Shown: piece after piece, positions 1-7,158 of the stretch
Layout of the letters: each line of letters opens with the position of its first letter
How positions within the stretch are numbered: position 1 is the first letter of the stretch
Assembly: GCA_044507735.1 (NCBI GenBank)
Contig: JBIQJB010000027.1
Span: forward strand, 8,533-24,462
Reading direction: 5' to 3'
Length of the DNA stretch: 15,930 bases
DNA from: Nitrosopumilales archaeon
Lineage (GTDB): Archaea > Thermoproteota > Nitrososphaeria > Nitrososphaerales > Nitrososphaeraceae
Translations under genes and position numbers: made by a program
The notes under the pieces: model-generated
What the model was told of the DNA's origin: nothing
The model's input: the letters and a program-made list of their open reading frames with translations, nothing else
The model's database searches: none

Positions 1-12
1 CTCAAGACGATA

Positions 13-351
13 GTGGCAGAGCAAGGTGAAGCCCAGAAAGAAGAAGACGAAGAAGAAGATACTGACGCAGATTTTGAAGAGTACGCCACTAGCAACAACC
101 CATGTCCAAACTGCGGCAGCAACAGGGAGACTCGGTATGTCCCAGTCTGCGACAGGAACCCAGGTGGACTTGCCTCCCAGACGCCGGAAGAGCACGGCAA
201 CATACAGCAGGACGGCATGATCCTTTGCGAAGATGGCTACTGCAACCCCCGCGAGATCACAGTGAAGGAATTCAGAGAAATCAATGGAAAAGACGTGGAG
301 CCGCAGGACGTCATAACGCGGTGCCACGAGTGCGGCACCATAAAGGAATGA
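13..351 (+). CDS. small acidic Cys-rich (Zn-ribbon-like) hypothetical protein
   Basis: 112-aa ORF with an acidic N-terminus, CPNC and CHEC pairs and a CEDGYC motif. First of three co-directional Cys-rich ORFs. Confidence 0.7.
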   Translation: MAEQGEAQKEEDEEEDTDADFEEYATSNNPCPNCGSNRETRYVPVCDRNPGGLASQTPEEHGNIQQDGMILCEDGYCNPREITVKEFREINGKDVEPQDVITRCHECGTIKE

Positions 352-404
352 GGGATTTTCCGATGGTAGATCAGCGATCAACAGCAGGACAGGCGATGGT
401 CTGA

Positions 405-584
405 ATGGCGGAAAAAGAAGAGAAAGCCACTCCATACAGGTGCCTCAAGTGCGATGCCGGCTTTGCAGATTTGGAAGCATTCAGAGAACACATGAAGGCT
501 TTGCGGCACAACGCGTGGACCGTATCTAGCAGCGAGCTTCTCAGGCTGGGCACGCTGTCCCCAAGAAAGATACTGTCTGGGTGA
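405..584 (+). CDS. C2H2-type zinc-finger microprotein (59 aa, not in ORF track)
   Basis: Manual translation: MAEKEEKATPYRCLKCDAGFADLEAFREHMKALRHNAWTVSSSELLRLGTLSPRKILSG*. Fits Y-x-C-x2-C-x3-F-x8-H-x5-H and fills the gap between the neighbouring ORFs. Confidence 0.75.
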   Translation: MAEKEEKATPYRCLKCDAGFADLEAFREHMKALRHNAWTVSSSELLRLGTLSPRKILSG

Positions 585-592
585 GCTGGCAA

Positions 593-886
593 ATGGCAAT
601 CCACACAGAAAGGATCCCGATAGACAGGTACGTCTGCGACTCTTGCAACGGTCCGCTAACAACAGACGACGGGGCATATGTCGTCACCGAGTCGTACGCG
701 GTCAGGTACGAGCACGGTCTGTACTGCCCGCGGTGCGCCGCAAGTCTTGTCAGGTACAGGGAAGAAGCCAGAGAAAAGCCGGAAGCGCCTCTGCGCGTGT
801 ACCTGCTCGGAGAGGTAGTCGACGACCTGAGCAGGGAGCTGTACATCAGCTCTTTTGAAGAGTTCGACCCGGAAGAGCACCGCTAA
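593..886 (+). CDS. small zinc-binding hypothetical protein (two CxxC)
   Basis: CDSC and CPRC motifs. ATG 593 is preceded by the SD-like GGTGAG at 580-585. The ORF track start is GTG 581. Confidence 0.7.
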   Translation: MAIHTERIPIDRYVCDSCNGPLTTDDGAYVVTESYAVRYEHGLYCPRCAASLVRYREEAREKPEAPLRVYLLGEVVDDLSRELYISSFEEFDPEEHR

Positions 887-942
887 CACTCGCTGCAGCC
901 GTTTTAGTCAATCGAACAATCGCCTACTGAAAAGAATGCCGC

Positions 943-1011
943 GGCCGGGGATGATGAAGCCTGTTATCTTTGATATCAGTAGATGATATCAACCACCCTG
1001 CTGACCCGGCC
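943..1011 (+). ncRNA. archaeal box C/D methylation-guide sRNA
   Basis: 7-bp terminal stem GGCCGGG (943-949)/CCCGGCC (1005-1011). Box C ATGATGA 951-957, 12-nt guide 958-969, D' TTGA 970-973, C'-like TAGATGA 980-986, 14-nt guide 987-1000, box D CTGA 1001-1004. Canonical K-turn register, intergenic, followed by a pyrimidine tract. Confidence 0.8.
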
Positions 1012-1030
1012 ACCTGTTACTGACCTACAA

Positions 1031-1054
1031 CCCCCTTTTCTATTTTTTCCTTTC
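1031..1054 (+). terminator. oligo-T/pyrimidine tract, probable archaeal terminator
   Basis: CCCCCTTTTCTATTTTTTCCTTTC just downstream of the C/D sRNA. Confidence 0.5.
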
Positions 1055-1163
1055 AAAAAGGCTCTGTGGCAGCCTTGCCTCTACGTGGCAGAGCTAGAAA
1101 ACCCGCTATTTTCTTCTGCAATACAGAGAGAAGAAAACGGCGGGGCCAAACAGGCTGCGCAAA

Positions 1164-1178
1164 AAAAAGAATAGGTGA
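1164..1178 (+). promoter_or_regulatory. repeated leader/Shine-Dalgarno element AAAAAGAATAGGTGA, copy 1
   Basis: An identical 15-mer lies at 1769-1783. Contains archaeal SD GGTGA upstream of ATG 1192. Confidence 0.6.
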
Positions 1179-1191
1179 GAAAAAAACCAAC

Positions 1192-1518
1192 ATGTCAACC
1201 ACAACCACAAAAGCAACAACGTGCGTAGTTGAAAACAACAAGAAGCAGACATCAGCGCCTGTTTTTACAGGGGCGCTTGCACAGGTACCCCAGCAAGTCG
1301 AAAGCCAGAAGAAGAAAATGGTCAGGCTCTCCTCGCTGCTAAAGTACAGCGAGAGAAAGATGGCCGAGAAAAGGATGGCGGCAATTGCAGTGCAGGAATG
1401 CGACGGCGGCCCGATACGGTACCTGCACGCAAGCAGCATGGTTCCAGAGACGGCAGTGATAGTAAGGGACAGAGAAACTGGCGCGCTCGTAGGGCTTCCT
1501 GCCGTGATGGGCGGCTGA
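1192..1518 (+). CDS. hypothetical protein (~108 aa)
   Basis: ATG 1192 follows the GGTGA SD element and is in frame with track ORF 1066..1518. No recognisable motif. Confidence 0.6.
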   Translation: MSTTTTKATTCVVENNKKQTSAPVFTGALAQVPQQVESQKKKMVRLSSLLKYSERKMAEKRMAAIAVQECDGGPIRYLHASSMVPETAVIVRDRETGALVGLPAVMGG

Positions 1519-1768
1519 TCTCAGGCCAGCACTTAACCTGCCGCCCTATCTTTTTCCAGCTCCAACAACAACAACTCTGCTTCTTTCATGCGCTTGTGGA
1601 CCAACGCCGATACCGCGTCGGATTGGCCGCCGCGTGATCCCTTTCCTTCTTTTTTTCCTCTACGGCCACAGCTGGCAGACCTCCACGCGGTGTGGCCGGT
1701 AACGGCGCTTTAGGTCAGCATCCACTTGCTAGCGGACGCTGTCAAAGGCGCCGGCGAACTGCCAGAAC

Positions 1769-1783
1769 AAAAAGAATAGGTGA
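1769..1783 (+). promoter_or_regulatory. repeated leader/Shine-Dalgarno element AAAAAGAATAGGTGA, copy 2
   Basis: Identical to 1164-1178. Ends 8 nt upstream of ATG 1792. Confidence 0.6.
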
Positions 1784-1791
1784 AAGAGCAA

Positions 1792-4305
1792 ATGGAAAAC
1801 AACAACAACAACAATCAAAACAAAGAAGCGACATCGACCGAGACGATAAGGTCCACACAGGTACCCCAGATGTCAGATGTTTCTTCCGGCACCGACGCCG
1901 AGGCAATCAGCACAATCTACTACAAGCCCACGCTTGTAGAAGAAGACCCGCTGCCGCTTGACAGCAGTCAGCTCTCCTATGCCTCCAAGCTTCTCCAGGC
2001 GTCAAGCAACGGCCTAATCCCCGTCAAGCTGGAGCAAGATGTCATCATACAGCGCATATCGCACGACCTGTACTCCGACCCCAAGTCGGGATTCAGAGAG
2101 CTGTACAACAACGAGGCAAGGGCGTGCAGGATTGCCCGCAGGAACTACCCCGGCACAGACCCGCGCATAGTCGTGGCTCTAAACCCCTCAGAGCGCAAGC
2201 TGGTAATCCACGGAATCGACAGTATGGGGATGTCGCAGCAAAAGTTCCTCACCGTGTACACTGTGCTTGGCAGGAGCGACAACTTTGACTCGAAGGAAGT
2301 CGGCCAGTTTGGCTGCGGCCGCGCGAGCTATGTCACGCTGTCAGATATAATGGTGCTGGAGACGTACAGCAGGGAGACAGGCGAGAAATTCGCGGTAATG
2401 GGCAAGAACGGCGTCGGCTACAACGTGCTGCCACAACCTGCCGACCTTGACAGCTACGGCACAAGGATAGCCGTCACGCTGCGGGACGACATCAGCATCC
2501 CGGACCTCGTGCAGTACATTTTCGATGTCTGCAGGTTCTCCGGCGTCAGGACCACCGTCGAGCTTGAAGCCGACATAGACGACTTTGGCGACTCGTTCCA
2601 CGCGGGGCAGTACGAGCTTGGGCTGGAAAGCATGAAAGGTCACGTTGCCAGCATCCGCGAGAAGAACGGAGACGAGGAGAAACTATTGCTGGCCGTGGAA
2701 ATAGCAGACGACCCTGACATCTATCTGTACGGCGAGATAATCGCCTGCAAGAGCAGCTGGGAAGAGGATTACACCAGGATACTTGACAGGCAGTCCTCTT
2801 CTTCCTCGGCCGGCACGTATCTCGTCAACGTCCCGATTGAGGGCGACCCCGGAGAGCTGCCCCTTTCCCGGTGGATACTGAACATCAGAGACGAGAGAAA
2901 GTTCCCGCCCACAGCAGACAGGGAAAGGCTGACCGATGCTGCAATTACAGCCATCAGGGAAAAGATCATGGAAGCGCTGAAGCAGAGGCTTGAACCTGCG
3001 CTAAGGCTGGAATCAGTATCAGACTATGCGCGCTCGCCCTACCGCATCCTGTACACCTCTGGCACATACCACTACAGCAGCGGATTCGCCGAGCGCCTGC
3101 TGCCGCTGCTTGACGACCACACCAGGGAGGTAGTGGCGTTTGTCAGCACAAAGGTGCATGTGCTGCGCAGAAGGAGGCATGGCAGCAAGATGTGCAGGAC
3201 ACAGACAAAGATCTCCAGCCTGATAGACCGCCACCACCAGTACAATTGCATGCGGCTGTTCTGCGTCCGCAACCTCAGGTCTGCCGCCGCAGACGCGCTG
3301 AGGGAGAAGGCTGCGGGCGAGGTCTTTGAGGCCGACTCTGGGCTGACCGAGCTCATGGCCAAGTTCGGAGTGATAGACGGCGACCGGTATGTGAAGGAGA
3401 ACAACCTAAAGCGAACGACCTACGGCGAACCGGACACCATCACCGCCTACTACAGGCGCGGGTACAGCACATACACTGAAAAGATACACATCGACAGCAT
3501 TGTGGCAGAAGCTGAAGGCAAACAGGAGAAAGAAGAAGGAGAAGAAAGCGGCGTCTCAGGACATCCCAGACAACACCGTCTGCTACTGCCGCCGCTGATA
3601 GCCATGACATCTGAGCAAAAGGACGAGTATGCGCAGCTGATGGAACATGACACAAGATACAGGATAGTCGTGTGCGGCAGAAAGGACGCCAGAAAGAAAA
3701 GGCTGCTCGCCGGCAAGTGCACCTTCCTGGACGAATTTGTGTCCGCGGTGGCAATGAAGCATGTCATGACCTCGATGGGCACGATGACAGTAGAGGAGAC
3801 GCTTGAGTGCATCAGAGAAAGAGGCATGGAAATGGCGCAGCTTGTATACGACGACCCGCAGGCGCTGGCAGCATCCACTGCAAGGCTGCTGCATGGAAAT
3901 GGCGACGGCGACAGCCGAAAGGCGATACTGCCAGTCGTGGTCCCTGACGAGGACAGCAGGTATGAACTGAAGGTGTTCTACCGGTACCACGGGGTGGCCA
4001 CAACCCTCGGCTGGCGCGATGTGTTCAAGAAAGTAGAGCAAGGGTTGCTTGACGGTGAAAGACGCCTCGACGAACAGAAGGCAAACGCGATGATGCATTC
4101 CATGGCGGCGTTTGGCGGGCGGTACCCGGAGCTCTTTGAGCTGCTGGCGCACGCGATGGCAGATGCCGAATACTACAACATAGAGAAATTGCGCGGTTGT
4201 GCTTTCTCGCTGGCTGCCATGCTGGACGAGAGAGATGGTAATAGCAGCACGGCACATGCAGATGCAGCGGAATGCCTTGCCAAGGTCACCGAGCAGGGGA
4301 AGTAA
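1792..4305 (+). CDS. GHKL (Hsp90/HATPase_c-like) ATPase with long uncharacterised C-terminus
   Basis: Bergerat-fold motifs in order: DLYSD..FRELYNNE (ExxxN), DSMGMS, GQFGCG (GxxGxG), YGTRI. A later PTADRERL resembles the Hsp90 middle-domain SRE Arg loop. Start placed at ATG 1792 after the SD (track start 1780). Confidence 0.85.
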   Translation: MENNNNNNQNKEATSTETIRSTQVPQMSDVSSGTDAEAISTIYYKPTLVEEDPLPLDSSQLSYASKLLQASSNGLIPVKLEQDVIIQRISHDLYSDPKSGFRELYNNEARACRIARRNYPGTDPRIVVALNPSERKLVIHGIDSMGMSQQKFLTVYTVLGRSDNFDSKEVGQFGCGRASYVTLSDIMVLETYSRETGEKFAVMGKNGVGYNVLPQPADLDSYGTRIAVTLRDDISIPDLVQYIFDVCRFSGVRTTVELEADIDDFGDSFHAGQYELGLESMKGHVASIREKNGDEEKLLLAVEIADDPDIYLYGEIIACKSSWEEDYTRILDRQSSSSSAGTYLVNVPIEGDPGELPLSRWILNIRDERKFPPTADRERLTDAAITAIREKIMEALKQRLEPALRLESVSDYARSPYRILYTSGTYHYSSGFAERLLPLLDDHTREVVAFVSTKVHVLRRRRHGSKMCRTQTKISSLIDRHHQYNCMRLFCVRNLRSAAADALREKAAGEVFEADSGLTELMAKFGVIDGDRYVKENNLKRTTYGEPDTITAYYRRGYSTYTEKIHIDSIVAEAEGKQEKEEGEESGVSGHPRQHRLLLPPLIAMTSEQKDEYAQLMEHDTRYRIVVCGRKDARKKRLLAGKCTFLDEFVSAVAMKHVMTSMGTMTVEETLECIRERGMEMAQLVYDDPQALAASTARLLHGNGDGDSRKAILPVVVPDEDSRYELKVFYRYHGVATTLGWRDVFKKVEQGLLDGERRLDEQKANAMMHSMAAFGGRYPELFELLAHAMADAEYYNIEKLRGCAFSLAAMLDERDGNSSTAHADAAECLAKVTEQGK

Positions 4306-4311
4306 AGAAAG

Positions 4312-5334
4312 ATGGCATCGGTCCGCAGCGACAACAACGGCGGCACAGTACCACAGCCAGCAGCTACAACAACCACAACAACCATCCTCGAGCGGCGCAA
4401 AGACGTGTACGTGCTCTTGCTCGCAGGGGGCAGGGTCGTGACTGTCCCAGCCACGCCGTACAACAAGCTAAAGTACGAATACTTCCAGGGCGGCAGGATA
4501 TCGTACTCTTTTGGCGATGACATAGGGACAGTGCAGGAGACGTACAACGACGGCATATTCAATTGCACGTACAGGGACATGTCGATGCAGATACGTTCTC
4601 GCGATGTACTGGCGGTCGCGATACTGGAGCACATGCGCCACATCGGCGGCCCTTCTCTGTACGAGTCACTGTTCAGGGAAGAGTACGAAAAGCTGCACCA
4701 GGCTGACCTCCTGAAGTACATGCTGGCAGGCTACAGGGACAGGGTGCGCGTCGTGACCATGGCAGGCGGCGGCAGAATGATGAAAGAAGCTGCGCCGGAC
4801 ATGGACGTGTACATAGACGACGGCCTGTTCAGGATAGACGCCCATGGCAATGCCAGCGTGCTCGCACTGGATGAAGATGGCGAAAGCAGGAGAGAGATGT
4901 ACAGGCAGATATGCATCGTCGCGCACGGGGAGATAAGAGAGAGGAGCATAGAGACGCCCATTGGGCCCGTCAGGATGAACGAGCAGACGGTGACGACGCT
5001 GGCAAAGGCGATGTTCCTGCTCGACCCGGACCTCGAGGACGGCGTTTTCACCAGGCAGCTGCCGCCCCTGGTGATCGAGGAGCTGAAGGCCCGAAAGCAT
5101 GAGCGGCAGGAAGGGGCGAAGGCCGAGTCGACGATGACGACAACAATGTCTGTCCGCAGGCTGGTCAGGGTCATCAACGACGCGTTGCGCACAAACGACG
5201 CCGCGCTTGTCCACACCCTCGTGGCTCATAACGCCCACAATGCCGAGAGGGCACTTGAATACCTCCCTCCAAGACACAGGTTTTTTGTCAAGAACGCGCT
5301 TGCACAGGTTACATCGGGTCCTGGCGCAGGCTAG
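4312..5334 (+). CDS. hypothetical protein, coupled to the GHKL ATPase
   Basis: 340-aa ORF starting 6 nt after the GHKL stop. No family recognised. Confidence 0.8.
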   Translation: MASVRSDNNGGTVPQPAATTTTTTILERRKDVYVLLLAGGRVVTVPATPYNKLKYEYFQGGRISYSFGDDIGTVQETYNDGIFNCTYRDMSMQIRSRDVLAVAILEHMRHIGGPSLYESLFREEYEKLHQADLLKYMLAGYRDRVRVVTMAGGGRMMKEAAPDMDVYIDDGLFRIDAHGNASVLALDEDGESRREMYRQICIVAHGEIRERSIETPIGPVRMNEQTVTTLAKAMFLLDPDLEDGVFTRQLPPLVIEELKARKHERQEGAKAESTMTTTMSVRRLVRVINDALRTNDAALVHTLVAHNAHNAERALEYLPPRHRFFVKNALAQVTSGPGAG

Positions 5335-5359
5335 CACACATGCACGTTTTACGAAAAAA

Positions 5360-5741
5360 CCCGAATCCCGGGCCTCAAGACAAGAGTGTCCGACGACGAC
5401 AGCGACTTGTATTCCCGGCCTTTCCGATCAGAGAAAGGCTGGATGATTCCAGGCCTCGCGATAGGGGCCTGATGATACCAGGGCAAAATCCCCTGATGAA
5501 GGTGCGATAAGCGCGCATGTAAGTGCGCAAGTGCGTGCGCGCACAGCACCTGCTCGGCGACAACAATTGCTTGCCGGGTTGGCCTATCCTGCCCACCATC
5601 ACCACCGCTACTGCTGCTCCCAGCCGGAGACAACCCGGATGGGAGCTCTGTAGCGTGTACCTGGGGTAGGCCGAAACCACCCATGGCTGCTGCTTCCGCG
5701 TGGCAGCCAGCAGGGTGGTCGGGATGCTACTACCGCTTTTT
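5360..5741. other. highly structured non-coding tract (serial hairpins), candidate ncRNA or ssDNA element
   Basis: Stems at 5415-5424/5433-5442, 5450-5457/5464-5471, 5479-5483/5491-5495, 5500-5505/5546-5551 enclosing 5511-5521/5532-5542, 5553-5560/5571-5578, and 5671-5690/5703-5722. No convincing ORF. Confidence 0.5.
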
Positions 5742-5906
5742 GATAATATGAGGCAGCGGCATCTCGGGTCTTGCGCTATTTCTCTGTGTGAGAAAAATAG
5801 AACAGACGTGTGCCAAAATAACCGCCAGCGTATACATCATTGCGAGGAGCAGCGGCCGCAGACTCTTGCGGCAGCCGGTTGATACCATCAGCACTGACGA
5901 GCAACA

Positions 5907-6443
5907 TTGCACAAAATTCAAGAGAAAGCTTCGCGTATTGATTCAATAGTGCGCAACAGGGCAGTCGTTCCGATAATTGCAGGCATCGCAGGCATCGTAG
6001 CAACAATGGTGTTTGTTTTTGCAATAGCGGCGCAGCCAAGACAGGGAAGTGACCTATCGCTGACTATTGTCGACGAGCCAGTCAATGGGACCGTAGTGGT
6101 TGGCACTGCACCAGACACAGCAGGCTTGATTTCCCGGGCAGAGGCAGTGGTCATTGCAATGAGGGAGACGGGCTTGATTGAAGAAACGGAAAGAATAGAA
6201 CGGACCTACACCGACTGGTTTTACGTTAATGAAGACGGCCAGGTCTATCGGGTCGATCCACAGACAACGGAGATGATATCTACGGAAGGCGACATGTCGC
6301 GCGAGATAGAGAAACTAGCGAATCTTGACAGAGCAACACACTACTGGGTCATAAGCCTTCAGACGGGTATCGATTCTGGCCATGTCTTGGTTGTTGATGC
6401 GTCCAGTGGAGTTGTAAAGGATGAATCTGGCTATGAGTTCTGA
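5907..6443 (+). CDS. membrane-anchored exported protein with PepSY-like C-terminal region
   Basis: N-terminal hydrophobic helix (VVPIIAGIAGIVATMVFVFAIA). ISRAEAVVIA...YWVISL...VLVVDASSGVV resembles PepSY-type repeats. Start uncertain (possibly GTG 5949). Confidence 0.65.
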   Translation: MHKIQEKASRIDSIVRNRAVVPIIAGIAGIVATMVFVFAIAAQPRQGSDLSLTIVDEPVNGTVVVGTAPDTAGLISRAEAVVIAMRETGLIEETERIERTYTDWFYVNEDGQVYRVDPQTTEMISTEGDMSREIEKLANLDRATHYWVISLQTGIDSGHVLVVDASSGVVKDESGYEF

Positions 6444-6692
6444 CAACTGCGACTGATTTTCACCAAGCAACTCTTCTTTTTCCATTTGATGGCCGGCAGA
6501 GAATCTGAGCGACGTCCATCCAGCCAAATGTCAGAGCCTTCCTTTGATTCCAGCGGGCGGCATACCAGGTTCAATGCGCCAGCACCACCAGCAGCCGTGT
6601 TGACATGAAATTGAAAAAGAAGAAATCGAGCGGTCACAGAATTTTATTAAAGATATAAATACTATAACAATTTTTTTAATAGCGCTAATAAA

Positions 6693-6913
6693 GTGAATAA
6701 GGAATCTTATTTCAGATGGGGCATGACACGAGCCGCCGCGTCTGCTCCTGCCACCATCCTCATGGTTATACTCCTCATTTCTGACACAAGCGGGGTCTCT
6801 GCGGTATCACTGAAAGAACGACATGAAGTGGTGGATACGGTGGGGGCGGGTAATGGTCCAGGGGGCGTGGCGGTAAACCCCATTACCAACAGGATATACG
6901 TGGTTAATTATTT
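6693..6913 (+). pseudogene. 5' part of a secreted YVTN beta-propeller protein, interrupted by the integrated element
   Basis: Signal-peptide-like segment (probable ATG 6723), then VVDTVGAGNGPGGVAVNPITNRIYVVNY, a YVTN blade that breaks at the TAATTATTT core. The frame continues at 15505. Confidence 0.85.
6905..6913 (+). repeat. attL core TAATTATTT
   Basis: Matches 15505-15513 and marks the exact point where YVTN homology stops. Confidence 0.85.
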
Positions 6914-6953
6914 GAGAATATCGCTTTCCACAAGCGTCTAATGCACCAAAAGC

Positions 6954-6975
6954 GTTGCATAACTTGTTGCATAGT
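6954..6975. repeat. left-end arm-type motifs (GTTGCATAAC-TT-GTTGCATA)
   Basis: GTTGCATAAC 6954-6963 is the exact reverse complement of GTTATGCAAC at 15483-15492 and 13984-13993. Two TGCA units 12 bp apart at both ends. Confidence 0.7.
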
Positions 6976-7158
6976 CGCACCGTTCAAAACAAACCGTGAA
7001 AAAATAGAAATACTAAGCTTTTACTTTGGCAACTATCAAGTAACACTAACAATTTTCCCGACTTTATTATTTGTTATCTGGTATATCTATCCCCCTACTA
7101 GCCCACTGATTCTGTCAGTTCTAAGCATTGTAATTGATCAAAAGAGGTTATCTAGCTA

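Noticed and set aside
970-992. Inverted repeat TTGATATCA-GTAGA-TGATATCAA as a transcription-factor operator
   Set aside because: It lies wholly within the D'/C' region of the C/D sRNA, whose boxes, closing stem and rRNA complementarity explain the locus better. A dual role or alternative fold is not excluded.
1798-1815. (AAC)n microsatellites (also 1563-1575 and ACA-rich 4365-4383) as contingency loci
   Set aside because: They are short triplet runs that keep frame (poly-Asn, poly-Thr) or are intergenic, with no evidence of switching.
2341-5337. Long minus-strand ORFs (e.g. 3583..4257, 4666..5337), and also 14603..15202
   Set aside because: They are antisense shadows of well-supported plus-strand genes and carry no motifs.
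5411-5499. Mini CRISPR array
   Set aside because: Units are short and unequal, repeats are degenerate, loops are only 6-8 nt, and no cas gene is present in the window.
5469-5680. CTGATGA motifs as a hammerhead ribozyme or second C/D sRNA
   Set aside because: There is no GAAA closing a stem II after either CTGATGA, and box spacing does not fit a C/D guide.
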